Positions 26,540 through 39,388 of a stretch of 64,000 nt of DNA are shown piece after piece. The position numbers and the translations under genes are program-made. Location: assembly GCF_964355755.1 (NCBI RefSeq), contig NC_092674.1, positions 8,370,001-8,434,000 of the forward strand, in the 5' to 3' direction. Numbering within the stretch: position 1 is the stretch's first letter; each line of letters starts with the position of its first letter. The notes beneath the pieces are model-generated. The model was given only the letters and a program-made list of their open reading frames with translations, made no database searches and was not told where the DNA came from. The DNA comes from Antedon mediterranea (lineage: Eukaryota; Animalia; Echinodermata).

Positions 26540-28769
26540 CAGATGCTTGCATGAAATATTTATGTTTCATATGCTTTCAGAAAATAGTTCATCAGTTATG
26601 GATGATCCAATGAAAGGTCTTAAGAAGGTCAATGAGCATGCTCATAAGTTTGCATTTGAACTAGTGTTTAGTCAACTTGAAAAACAGCTGGTGCAGATTT
26701 CCTACATGGAGGTAATAATATTAAAATAAAGCTCTGTCTACAATATCAAACTTTATGTGACAAAAAAATGTGATGTGTCCATTTATGGATACGATGATCA
26801 TACCACTACCATATTTAGGCACATCATACTTTTTTTTTCAAACTAGTTTGATAGTGTAGACAGAGCTTAATATTAAAATTTAAAAACTTTACACAAACAA
26901 ACATCTTGTATAACCACTCGTCCCAACCAATATATTTTCCAAATTCAAAATGTCTTTATTGCTTTTTTTTTTAAAAGGTTTGGACGTCAGAAGGTGGTGT
27001 TCTGTCAGCCGATCTTCCAACATTCAGTTTGTCTCCACAGGAGTACATCACTAAGGTATAGAATGCCTTATAATTTAAACAATCGCAATTTTATCATCAA
27101 CAAATATAGAGACTAGATTTGCTTACGGTATGTTGGTTTTTAAATGTTTAGATTGGACAGTATTTGATGACATTACCTCAACAACTTGAGCCATTCACTT
27201 CACAAGAGAACCCAGCATTAGCAAAAGCACTGGAGACTGGGAGACTACCCTTCCCTCCTGAGCAAGGTAGGCTTTATAAACATTTGTGCATATGATTTAT
27301 TTGCTGTTTTAGCAACTTTTTATCAGATTAGTCTAGCTTGTTTAAAGCACCTGAATCTAAGTGAGTCTGAATCCTTGTCTACAGTGACAAAAAAATGTGA
27401 TGTTCCCATATCTGGACATGATGATGTCATATCACTACCATATTTGGGCACATCACAAGTTTTGGTCAAACTAGTTTGATAGTGTAGACAGAGCTTGAGG
27501 AAGTAAACTTTAATTCTTCCTAATGTACATGACAAGCACACTCCTATTCAAACCAGGAGGTACTGTACATTTCATGCATGATTAACATACTATTATAATT
27601 CCATACTAATAAGTAATTTACATACAGGTGGTCTTGAGGTAGAACATCTAGCCGACTACTGGCTTGGTGCGATTGCACGTGGGGTCATGTATACATACGT
27701 AGAATCCATCTTGAAAATTGACGAGTTGACGGCACATGCAGCGAGGCAGCTTGTTACAGATATAGGTGAGTTGACAAGATTAAATGGGTTAGGGGGTTGG
27801 GGGTCTGATTGTTGAAATTGGTGTTGTTTTTTGTCCATTGAATAAGAAATTTGGCAGAATTCCTATATGTGCATTTCTTATGTTATACTGTAACAGGTGT
27901 CAACAGCATATAAAAATATTGCAATGCACTCCTTTTGCTTTCATGAGGGGAAATATAATATAAAAGGGGAATATATGTTTTAACACCCACTACTAATCCT
28001 ATTCAGAGGACACTTTGTTGGGACCTAAATGTGTCTTCTTTGCCATACAGGGGCAGATCCAGGGTTTTTTTTAAAGGAGGAGCACTGTTATACTGTAACA
28101 GGTGTCAACAGCAAATATTGCAATGCACTCCTTTTGCTTTCATGCCTACAGTAGTACATAACTACATCTCTCTTGTTCTTGTATGATACAAGCCATTTTA
28201 CTGTATATCAAGTTATAAGCATAGATATATTTCTACAGGTATGTTATAAGCTGCCATTACTACCATATACTTATTAAAATCCTGTAATATATATTCAGAT
28301 TATCTGTGCAATGTACTAGATGCATTTGGCCTTCCAGCCTCTACTGATTTAAGACACGTAGAAAAACTGCTTGAAACGCCAGTCTCACAGTAAGTTTTGA
28401 AAAAGTCATATTTCTGCTGATAAAGCCTCATATTTATGTGAAAGTTATAAATATGAGCTTTTAGGCTCTGTCTACACTATCAAACTTTGTGATGTGCACA
28501 AATATGGTAGTGAAATGCCCAAGGGTATATATATAGCATCATCATGTCCATATATGGGCACATCACATAAAGTTTGATAGTGTAGACAGAGCTTTATGTG
28601 CATATAAAATAGGAAAACAGAAATATTGTTTTTTTTTCCTACCATTAATAGAGCACTGTTTTATTATTCTCTTAATTGTTTTTACAGTTATGATGAAATT
28701 ACTGGAGCGATCCCATCTCGTCTTTGTCATGTAATTTTAAAACTTAAGAAGCACCATGAAGATAGGTAG
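18852..28769 (+). CDS. COG7: Conserved oligomeric Golgi complex subunit 7
   Basis: Exons 18852-18854 (ATG only), 19236-19328, 20475-20519, 20845-20985, 21363-21521, 21704-21739, 22084-22204, 22417-22499, 23064-23327, 24180-24234, 24524-24651, 24818-24958, 25315-25459, 25610-25727, 26229-26329, 26581-26711, 26978-27055, 27152-27266, 27628-27765, 28299-28389, 28688-28769 join in frame (2268 nt, 755 aa). Motifs [61 protein letters not shown] and DYLCNVLDA. Confidence 0.93.
19505..20397. mobile_element. Foldback/palindromic non-autonomous DNA transposon with an 8-bp TSD, in COG7 intron 2
   Basis: Ends GGGTCCTCCTAAATACCAAG...CTTGGTATTTAGGAGGACCC, with long inverted arms built from a ~200-bp unit. 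Flanks GAATCAAA / GGATCAAA. Confidence 0.85.
21042..21233. mobile_element. TIR element family B
   Basis: CCAAGGCAATC...GATTGCCTTGA. TCTAA lies immediately left (21037-21041) and again at 21240-21244. Confidence 0.78.
23474..23826. mobile_element. PIF/Harbinger-type MITE with ~36-bp TIRs, inserted in an older TA-type MITE remnant
   Basis: AGCCGATTTTCCACTAGGCGAATTTGTTCGCGCGAA and its near-perfect reverse complement; TTA on both sides; CpG-rich compared with the surrounding intron. Confidence 0.88.
24259..24425. mobile_element. MITE family A with internal 21-bp tandem expansion
   Basis: TIRs plus three copies of ATATGGTAGTGATATG. Confidence 0.75.
25126..25197 (-). pseudogene. tRNA-derived SINE head or tRNA pseudogene
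   Basis: Minus strand has A-box TGGTCTAATGG and B-box GGTTCGAATC; D and T arms pair but the anticodon stem is broken. A related copy at 63087-63165 has the same TACCATGAAAGCCC leader. Confidence 0.7.
26507..26537. repeat. (TG)n microsatellite
   Basis: Directly visible. Confidence 0.95.
26730..26867. mobile_element. MITE family A
   Basis: Complete TIRs with a TAA TSD. Confidence 0.9.
27376..27495. mobile_element. MITE family A, left end eroded
   Basis: Core and right TIR AGTTTGATAGTGTAGACAGAGCT. Confidence 0.8.
28464..28593. mobile_element. MITE family A
   Basis: Complete TIRs with a TTA TSD. Confidence 0.88.
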
Positions 28770-29844
28770 AAAATAGAAATATCAATATACAGTATATTAT
28801 ATACGACCTGCGAGTGAGTTTCTACTTTAATTTCAGTTCAGTGAACTCATTTAAAGTGGATGCTCCCAGAATTCAATGCGTTTCCTACTACTAAATCATC
28901 AACTATTCCATTACAGAAAATATATGTTTTAACACTGCCATTAAATCCTATTCAGAGGGGGACCAAAAGGTATCGTCTTTGCCGTACAGAGGCAGATCTA
29001 GGAATTTTTAAATGGAGGAGCGCTAAAATATAATATTAAGTGCGCCCCTAGCTCTACCCCATTGTATACTATGGATTGACTATTTTAGGACTTGGCACCA
29101 ATAAGGCAACACAAAATTCAGCCAAACACAAATACCATTTCTTAGTTTTAATTCGCCATACCACAATTTACTATCAGTTTTAATATACACCTAATATACA
29201 ATGTAATACTTTGTTTTATCAAATATCAATAGAATCTTCTTATCTACTCTACATGGTTATGGGTTAAATCTATTTTTGTTGTACTTATAAATAGATTATA
29301 AGTTCTTTTTAAAATTAAATAATATTTATTGCAATTATGTAAACTGTCTATTATTTTATCAGCTATATTTTACATTGCAAAAAACATGAAATACATCAAC
29401 ATTGGTATTGTTATATATAGTAATAATTACAAGGAAATACACAAATCAAGTACAAAGTACTGCAATGTAAAATAGAATTAATGTTTTAAAGAAAAAATTT
29501 CTTTATTGAGCATTGTTTCGACAGCTTTCTAATTTTGAATATTTCAATATTAATTTCACTATATTGCATAATCTTTAAAAATATGGTGCAATTTGAGAGA
29601 TGTAACATTACAGAACTGTTTACATCCCTAGGCTAACCATGTGCAGTTACTACTCTTTCATACAATTATCATAAATTCGCACTCAACCCAATTAAACTGC
29701 ACCAGAATATAACATGACCTTCATTAACAGAATACAACAAATTACAGTACTTTCACACCTACAGTACTAACATTTAGCAATAATTAATTAAAGTAACCTT
29801 TGATATGGTCATATTTATAATTACTTTAAATTGCTAAAAATACA

Positions 29845-30183
29845 TGTGGGCTCAAACATATCGTCAGTGACACCAATTGCGTAGTAGTGGTTTGACATAA
29901 CCATGCGTTTCGAGAAAAACGCAATTTAGCAAAGAGCTTCACAAAACACATTTTAGCTTAAAGAAATTTTCATTGATATGATTTATTTACACGCCTGTAA
30001 AGCTAAAAAATTCAGCTATTAAAAGATGTAATTTGATTGTAATCTTGTTAATTAATGAATTAGTACTTGAAGGATAAACATTAGTGTCACTTCGTGAAGA
30101 CGCAAAATCCATTTAACGCGCATAGTGTCTGTAGCCATTTTAGTGTCACTTTGTGGCGTCGCCGACGATATGCAGGGTCAAAT
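29845..30183. mobile_element. Old TIR element between the COG7 and ATP6AP2 3' ends
   Basis: CATATCGTCAGTGACACCA (from 29857) is inverted relative to TGGCGTCGCCGACGATATG (to 30172); the differences fall at CpGs. Confidence 0.55.
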
Positions 30184-30771
30184 ACGAGTTCCATTTCTCA
30201 TATCTGCTTAAATATAATATTAAGACTACAGAAGGTTTTACAACATTTACCAAATACTACTACCAACCATACTGTAGAGTATGAAACAAAACTAAAAATA
30301 ACTGAAAATCTCCAACTGAAAACTGTATTGGAATGTTTGTGAACTATAAATTGCGACATAAATTAATGATTTTTCAAATTTTGCTTGGTGGTTGGGAGTT
30401 TAGAATCTAAAATCCGATTGAAAAGCACCATGCTATTAAATCTAGCTTTAAAAACCAGCAAAATAAATAGTAAATTTTAAAATTAATAAAGAAAATTAAA
30501 CAAACTATTAGGTTCAAATCAATTTTTCAAAGTAACTATCGCATGTATACACTAAATTAATAATTAATTTTTATTCTGTATGTGTAAGGTGTTCTTATAT
30601 AACAATAATTAGGCCCTAACCTAAAAGATAGGTTCTTTGCCATCAACCTTTTTTTGGCAGCAATCATTACCAAGTGCTGATTTTATTTTTATCCTTAATT
30701 CATAAATAAACTAATGCGTGCACTTGAATGTCATTTTTGTGTGGGAAAAAAATTAGTGCGATTTATTCCGT

Positions 30772-33700
30772 CTAATCCATCTTTATCCTCTGACTGGTCA
30801 TTCGGTAAATGATTGTGTCGCCAGGATCCATGTACCACATCCCGTATGCTGTAGCATACACCACTAGGACCAGGATTACTGACAACCAGAGGATGATGTT
30901 AAATATTGCAGAGAATTCTTCACTCCTCTGAAAGACATTTAGGCTGTCTTTAGTCGGGTTTTCCTGGTAGGAGAGAAATAAAAATAATATTAGTAAATTA
31001 AACCATGCTAGATTTTGTTCTATATATAATTATTTCTTTATACTGGGTAGCCTTTTCAGCCGAAGACTGTTCTCCCAGAGGGGCCCAGGCATGATCAGTG
31101 GCTGTATGTGTACTAGTATACCGTGGTAACACCCTACTCGCCTCGAAAGATGCACCAGGTTCTTTAAAGTGCACATGTGCTAAATGTGTACACTGGACCT
31201 ATAATATATTCCTTATCCGAGAAGACTCATTCTACCACCGGAGCGAGTGAGCCTCAAAACCTGATGTTATGGCTACGTAATTGCTGCTCCACTATATGTT
31301 AGTAGCTAATGTGCAATTTTGCTACCCATCTCATTTACATACAAAAATGGAAATGGAAACCGGTATTAATAAGTTTAAAAATGATCATAAAACTAAATAT
31401 TTAATTAAGATTATGAATAAAAATAACAGGAAGGGTGTATTAAATAGTGCAACACAAGTAACTTGATAAATCACAAGCAACAGTTAAGATGATCAAATTG
31501 CTTACAATGCGTTCTAGTTGGAACCGAACTGGATGCAACAAAAATAAGTTGACCAATCACACGCAATAGTTCGGGTAGTCCATTGTGTTGTGGAAACCAA
31601 GCTTAAGATCTGTCTACACTATCAAACTTTGTGACAAAAAAATGTGCCTATATATGGACACGATGATGTCATATCACTACCATATTTTGGCACATTTTTT
31701 GTTTTTAACTAGTAGACAGAGATTTAGAAGCAATGTAGGTGGAGATACAGTGTAATGGGATGCTACAGTGCAATGGTAACTTACATCAGTTGCTAGTATA
31801 GACCTTCCCATACGATGTTCAAAATGTGGTAGTCTTTGGGTTGTGACGGCCATAACTACAGCATTGTTGTCGTATAGTTTCATAAATCCACTTGAAAGCT
31901 ACACAAATTGGGAAAAAAATAATAAAAATAAATCACTTACATAATTATCTTTACCAGTAGTAATACCTTGATCAGTAGGAATACAAGTCTTGTATAATTA
32001 CTATTACATAAGGTTGGCTGACAACATATTTTGGTAGTTCAAGTATAAGAATTCTTGCTACTAATAGTGAATTTTATCTAGGCCTATATTAAAGTGAAGT
32101 TTTTCTTAAGCCCTGTTCCCAGTATGAAGCAATGCAACAACATATGATGCCAGATGTCCTAGTGGGAATCAAGCTTTACTCACCTGTGATAAAAATGATT
32201 CTAACACAGCACTTGCTTCTTTAGCTTCAGTAGATTTAGGCCCATGTTGTAGTTGTATCGCTCTCAACCCATACAAGGTGAAGGACATAGAGTCTGGCAC
32301 ATTATCATCAACCACTGCCTTGTTTTTAGTTAGCTACAAGATTATAAAGGTACTTCAGTAAGTTAGTAGAAGTACACTGGCAGTGCATACTCAAAAATGC
32401 TATACCACTGTGATCAGTCAAGGGAAGATTGTCAAAAGGCTAGGAGTTTTATGTGGATAATTTTTAAGATAGTCTATATAGCTTTGACAACTTTGTATAC
32501 ATGACCACAGTGCTGATTTTGCCACTTTCCCCCCAACTGTGATAGGATTCAATAATTCAACATTTAATTACCATCAGTAATAAATTATTATTAGGGTAAT
32601 GATAGTGATACTGCTATGAGAACATAGTACTGTGACTAAGCACGGATTAGAACCCACTCACATAGATAATGACAATAAATTGACTTGACTTGACTTAGGT
32701 ATGGATTGAGTGACCTAGTGGTTAAGAAAGTATAACCACAAACTATAGCTATAATGTTGGCAATGGTTCGCAGCTCATTCTCTCGATAGTTCTGGTGATC
32801 GGCCTAGTGTACACAAAAATATGCACTTTAAAAACCTAGCCGTGGACAGAGAAGAGAGCTCCTTAATTGGACGCACTGACATGACCCTTGGGAGGAAAAC
32901 AATGTAACATCAAAAGCTCTGTCTACACTTTAAAAGTTTATCATATGTGGCAAAAAAATGTGAACTACTTATATATGGACATGATGTCATACCACAACCA
33001 TATTTGGGCATATCAATACCTTATTTGGGCACATCACACTTTTTTGTCAAACTAGTTTGATAGTGTAGACAGAGCTTAAGTCCACAGCACCACGAACAAT
33101 GATCTATTGTTGGAATGGTGCTATATACAATAATTTATTCGTATGTTCAGATACTGTGTATTTTTTAGTTTCATACTTACAGCTTCTAGTGCATTCTGGA
33201 GCATCTGCAGTTCGCTGAAGAACTGTAAATGTGAAGACTTTGAGATGTTCAAACTCAGGGCTTCATAGTTATGAATAATTGAATTCTCTCCATGAACAAG
33301 ACTGTGTAACAAAGCATCTAAACTGTCAGGCGTGTTCCCAAATACATTTGGATATTGGGATCCTAAACTGAAAAGCTGTAAAAAATATATGTAATGCTTT
33401 ATTTTATTTTCATTTCAATTATTTTTTCTCCATATAAATATGTGTAAAGTAATACTTTCATTTTCATTATTTTGTCTCCATAAAAATACAATTTACAAAA
33501 CGTGGACAAAGAACAAGAAAACAACAACACACAAAACCAGGCAGAGACAGGATTCCTCAAAAGCGAACTTAATCACTATCTAATAGGTCTCCTGCTTCTT
33601 AGAAACTAAATACTGTAGAGACTTATGAATGATAAACGATCTGACTTTCTATTGTATTGCATTGTACAGACTACTGCAGAGGCAATAAGTACCATGTTTA

Positions 33701-36700
33701 ATTCAATAATGCACATAATTTAAATACTACTGTATATTGGAATGCTAATTACCACAGATACAATGTTTTTCTTTAAAGGACTTTAAAACGTCATATATCC
33801 TGGTTTGAAAATTAAATTTGTTTCTTGAAATTGTCACATGTGCAGAGAAATGTTATTTCTTACCTGTCCATCAATAGCAGCATCAATTAAAATTGGTTCC
33901 TGAGTCGGAAATGATGTCGAGATGGAAGACATTAAATAATTTGTTTCTACAAAACCAATAGCTTCCTAAAAGAAATAATTATAGTCAAAATAGATAACCA
34001 TTCAACATACTGTATTTACAATAGATGTTGCTAGACGCAAATTAGTGAAACTAGTTATTTAGTTATAAAGTGGATGAATAAGGTGTACTACATTGTATAT
34101 ACCACTTTTAGTTACTCTATATACTTTTCACTTTTATTCACATTAATATCATATTTCATATCATCAAGATAAAATCATATTATCTTCATTATATCACATT
34201 TTTGTTAATTTCTAATGTCATTACAATTTGATCAACTTCCAACAGTTTGACCCCTATAGTAGACAAAATAATAATAATACACATCGAGGGACACACACAA
34301 GCTACAAGTCTCAACATCAAGTAAATCAAGTAACTATTTTTAAATTTTGTAAATTCACTCTCCTTTTTTCATTAATTTTCTTATATTTTTCCACACTACA
34401 CTTACAAAAGAAGTTTCAAAAGCAAAACAAATTTAAAACTAAGACAATTATGCATTAACTGCATTGTTAACCTTTTTGTTTCAAAACCCACGACATATAT
34501 AACTTCCTTTTATATATCATTTTATAATATCTCATTCTAAAATATTTTACACAGAAATAACAATTTTCCTTTTGAGAGTTTTTCATATTTTTTTTGTCAT
34601 TGTAGAACTCTTATTTTACAATTTATATATACAGTATTCAAGATAAAACAAATAAAAATCATATCAAATCAGTACCAGTAACTTCTTTTCTGATAAAATA
34701 GTATCAGATTAGAATAATCATATTAGCATAATAGTATGTCTTATACCACTATACTTTCATACCATAACGGGGACTGACATTTTGATTAATAGCAGATCAA
34801 TCTGAATTTGGAGTATTTGTATTGCATCTTTATCTACCATGATGGTGTGTACCCGGGTCATTCTTAAATATTTCCATACAGGGAGGTTCCGCATTTACCT
34901 GGTAGCACAAGTGTGGGAAACTATGGTGAGGTGCACCATTTAAGGCGTACAGTATATTTCCGAAGATTTGGTAGCACAAGTGTGGGAAATGTCTGGGTGA
35001 AATTAGTAGTTTAAGTCCCTGGCCCGTCCGGTGTCAAAATGTCACGATTTATTGCACAATTTTATCAGGGATTTTGGCTATACTGGATTCTACGGCCATC
35101 ACTAAAGGGATCCTACCTTTGAATTAATGAAAACTAGCCACCTATGTTTTATCCCAAACACCATCACGAACGGTCCCTTTGCCGGTAACCAGTAAAAATA
35201 TTGCACCCTCTCTAGAGTGGCCTTTTTTTGGTAGTTAAGTCCATAGTATTTTTCAGTAAAACAGGTAGCGCAAGTGTATCATATCTCAAAGTGGCTGATT
35301 TGTATACAAGTGACCCCCCGGGGGTGCTTAGCAGTGGGTTGGTATTGTGTAGCACTTGCCTATGCTACACTGGAGAAAAATTTTCCCCGAATAGAATTCT
35401 TTTTTTTTGTGTAGTCACTTACTTTAGCAATTGGGAATGAAGCTAAGTGTTTTGGGTTCAATGCACTTCCTTCATTGCTTTCAATATTAATTAAAACACT
35501 GCTTTTAGGGCGTTTGAAAAGATTACCAGCCAATAGACCACTCCACTTGACATCCTGTAAAAAATAAATAAATCGTAAGTCAAGAATATTTATTTAATTT
35601 TTTATTTATTCAACTTCTCACCAAGATGTGTGAAGTAAAAGATAGGACCAACAGGTGGTAAACACCTCTGAAAAGGTCCAGTCCCAATTGCACGGTAGCT
35701 GTGTGTGTGGACTACTGTAGTACACCGGGGTAACCCCTACAGTACTCATCTCAAAAGATGTACCAGGTTCTTTAAAGTGCACATGAGTTAGATGTGTACA
35801 CGGGACCTACGGAACCCGTGATGATGGCTACGTAACCAAATATCAATATGTATGAACGATACAAACATAATAATTTCTAAATAAAATTTCTTGATCTTCA
35901 TCAGTGGAAAATGACTCCATTTCATTTCATTTCATTTCTTTCATTTCTTTATTCGAATTCATAAAATAACACAACATAAAAAAAATACAAAGAATGAATT
36001 CAGGGTAACACAAAAAAGTAACCAAAGGTCAAACTTATTTCCATTGTGGCCCTTAAGGATAAAAACACCATAAGAATAAACATTTACAATAAACAATAAC
36101 ACATGTAGTAACAATATAAATATAAATTATAATCTTTCAAGCATAACCTCTTTGAGATGTTTTCTGATATTTCTTTTGAATTGATTGATGGTTTCTGAAA
36201 CCATTTATTGTCATTTGCATATAAAATATACAGTGTATAATAGAATATACATAGATTATAGATATCATGTTGATAATCATGGAACTAGTAGTCTGTGAGT
36301 GACAGTCTTCACATCTTGTTAGTTTAGATTTATTTAATTCTTATATTTCTTTCTAAATTATTTATTTTTAAAAGGGGGTGACTCAAGTTGGTGGGGTGCT
36401 TACCTTTGAAGGAGATAGACCCAATGATAGAGTTAAAACATCTTGAATTTCATCTACATTGATTGGTCCAGCATTGGAGTCAAATTGCACAGACTTAGGT
36501 GCATTGAGTACAAACAAGGTATTTTCACATAAACCTGTAAAGTAAAATGTGTTAATATATATATTAATAGTTGATTTCATTTTATCATATAGGCTATATA
36601 GCCTAGCCTAGGCCTAATCAGTCTTAAATAGGCCTACAAGATTTTTTATTTTTTGTATTGACTAGGCCTAGGCCTAAGGCTAGGCCTAGTAAATAAAACC

Positions 36701-37075
36701 TCACAAGTTTCTAATCTTACGTATATCCAATCTAGACATAACCAAACCTATATACCTAAGTTGTGTAGGCCTAGGCTAGGCCTCAACCTCTCACAGTGTA
36801 CGCCGTGTATCCTATGGATCGCAGGAAAACCAATCGCCTCGCCACCATTCAGCATACCACATACATACACACACACACAACCACATCATCACCTACCTAG
36901 CCTACACAGTGCGTACATTGTATTTCTTTACAATCCATCAGCTTAAAATTTTTTTTATTAATATAGTATGCACTCCAAAGATAACTAATGTATTCTAATC
37001 TCTTAAAAGCTTACCTGAAGATATAAAGATAGCCAAAAACCCGCACACTAGAAATCGGATTTTCGCGACAGCCAT
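30772..37075 (-). CDS. ATP6AP2: (Pro)renin receptor / V-ATPase accessory protein 2
   Basis: Exons 37015-37075, 36404-36534, 35423-35554, 33864-33965, 33181-33375, 32184-32333, 31785-31898, 30772-30963 join in frame (1077 nt, 358 aa). Signal peptide, WSGLLAGNLFKRPK, furin-type RMGR/S, TM helix FNIILW, and C-terminus MDPGDTIIYRMTSQRIKMD. Confidence 0.93.
31040..31285 (-). mobile_element. SINE with a Deu/Nin-like core (3' part)
   Basis: Minus strand GTGCACTTTAAAGAACCTGG...GAGTAGGG...ACGGT resembles the recalled Deu/Nin SINE core. Homologous pieces at 35695-35836 (-) and ~32700-32900 (+). Confidence 0.55.
31606..31723. mobile_element. MITE family A
   Basis: TIR variant AGATCTGTCTAC...GTAGACAGAGAT plus core. 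Confidence 0.8.
32915..33076. mobile_element. MITE family A
   Basis: Both TIRs and core. Confidence 0.85.
35695..35836 (-). mobile_element. SINE fragment, same family as 31040-31285
   Basis: Shared CCAGGTTCTTTAAAGTGCACATG...TGTGTACAC and ATGGCTACGTAA. Confidence 0.6.
35919..36200 (-). mobile_element. 5'-truncated CR1/L2-group LINE 3' end
   Basis: Minus strand encodes SINQFKRNIRKHLKEVMLERL-stop (typical S..FK..L ORF2 terminus), then a 3' UTR, AATAAA and a (GAAAT)n tail. Shares TTATTTCCATTGNGGNCCTT with 40157-40411. Confidence 0.6.
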
Positions 37076-37100
37076 TTTTTCTTGGGATCGATTACGATCG

Positions 37101-37134
37101 GTCATGTGTGTCATGTGATAATGGTGGTCATGTG
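37101..37134. promoter_or_regulatory. Three M-box/CLEAR-like sites (GTCATGTG) immediately upstream of the ATP6AP2 ATG
   Basis: GTCATGTG at 37101, 37110 and 37127, i.e. 26-59 nt from the start codon. MiT/TFE regulation of V-ATPase genes is established. Confidence 0.7.
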
Positions 37135-39388
37135 ATATACAGTACACCGACCGACGAACTAGACTCTCGTTCCCCTCTCGACTTGTTAAAAAAGTAAATA
37201 AAAAGTTTTGAAATTGAACATTTTAGACTTCCGCGCAAAGACAAGAAATATTACCTTTCATTTATACATAATATTATGTCAATATCTCTTAACTTTATTT
37301 ATGTAACAAACAATTTAATCTTATTCAAGTTACTTGATAAAATTACCGAAAGCGCATCTCTTCCCCCGTCGTCCAAACCGCCCCCCCCCCCCCCCACACA
37401 CACACACGAGTCGTGACGACTCGACACCAACGACACAACAACGTAATTGTCCCCGTGATTTATTTATAAAGAGCAAGCTACTATGAAATTCAGGCTGCCA
37501 CAGTACACTCTAGCTATATTGGTAAATTACATGTTTTTAATTATCGGTAGGCCCAGTGTGGTGGTACAGTATATCAAATCTACAGTAGTAGCTGTAGTTA
37601 AGGCAGCCAATAATGCCTCCTCTACCACCTAGGTAGGCCTAGTTTATGCTACCTAGGAAGAAGTAAGTAGGCCTAGCTAGCTAGAGAGAGGCCTCTCTAG
37701 TAGGCCTACTAGAGGAGCCTAGCTAGTAGGTTGGCCTCCTCTACCTATCTATATCACTATCAGCTATGGAGGCTAGGTAGGCCTGCTGTGGGTTACCACT
37801 AGTTTGGCTGGCTATCTAGTAGTAGTAGGCTTAGGCTAGGAGGCCTAGTAAAATTATTTAGATTAACAGTAGGCCCTACCGTAGACCTAGAAAACTAGAG
37901 CCTAGTAGGCCTACGCTACGCTACAGTATTGTATTTTTTAGTAAGTAATTTTCCTATAGTAGGCCTATTAGGGTGAACCCCTAGTATTCTATTATTATTG
38001 GATTTTGTAATTAATAATATATAAAGCCAAAGGAAGATACTAACTAGCTCTACGGTCTAGGCCCCCTTACTTAGGCCTAGGCCTATAGTTTATAGTTTCT
38101 TGTATCACTTTAGTTTTATTAATATATTAGTGTGACTGTGCAGAACCTCATTTTTATTTATTTCTCTCTGACAAATCGTCAGCATAAATTCTACACACAA
38201 CAATACAGTAAAAAATCTGATATATTGTTATCAGTGTTCTGTTTAAGTGGCGGTTTCATCGCTGTTGGTTGACAACTGAATAAAATAAAATAAAATATTT
38301 TATATTTTTTTGCTCTGCAGCACCATACTGTGATGCATTCATAAAACTTATTTGCGCTCTCTATAGAATTATTATCGTATCGTAAAACATATCCGTGTGA
38401 TCGGGTGGATAATTTCGCGTGTCGTCTAGATATAACATTATAACATAATTGAACTACAATTTAAAAAAAAAGTCAAATGATGTAGTAAAATTACGTTATT
38501 TGTTACTTTGCCAAAACGCCCCGTGTGAAAGGCAACGGACCAAATCAATGTTTGAATTGCTTGATCTGCCTTGAGACGGTGGTTTTTTTTTTTATTATAG
38601 GCCTATATAATAAAATTAATATTTGGAATATTATTAGGCCTCCCACCTAATATTATTATATAAGCTGTACCATGCCAACAGCATTGATAATGTAATTTTA
38701 ATATTGCATATAATTAGGCCTGTGTATAGCCTAGCACATGAATAAAGTGTATGATCGGAATTCATTAAATTAGTTATACACCAGTATAATTCTAGCTAAG
38801 AATAGTGACGTACTAATACATTATTTACTGTTTTATATTTGTGATAGTTGTTCTTATTGCGTGATCAAGGTTCGTGTCGCGTCGTCGTGAGATATGTTAA
38901 ATACATACTGTTGTTCGAATGAATTACACACGACATCAATAATGTATCTCCGGGATAACAGAGTAGATATTGGATTTCATAATCGTTCATGTTATTTCAG
39001 TTCCAATGTTGTGTCTTATTTGTTTTCATAAAACTTAATCATAGGAATACGAACGATCTGTGTTTTGATGTCGTAATAAGTTATTTAGTCTAAATGTCTG
39101 AACTTATTATAAAAGATTATTTATAGCCCTTTCCTCCAGCATTTAATCAATCGTTGCTTTTATTGTTCCTTTTGTAGTTTTTAAAATTGACAACATTGTG
39201 AAGTTATTCTTGTATAACGCGATCGTTCTAAAGATAATTTGTTGATAAAAAAAACACTGAAAATTTTGTTTTTGTAGTAACTAGAATTATTAATAGATAA
39301 AGAGTCACGTGTGAGCTAGGCCTGTATATTTTATGTTAATGCGCGTAATGATGAATTCAATATTTTCTTTCATTTCCAGTTCGGCGGT

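Noticed and set aside
34850-35326. Possible CCCGGG-ended element with a duplicated TGGTAGCACAAGTGTGGGAAA in an ATP6AP2 intron
   Set aside because: Probably a TE remnant, but TIRs and TSD could not be defined.
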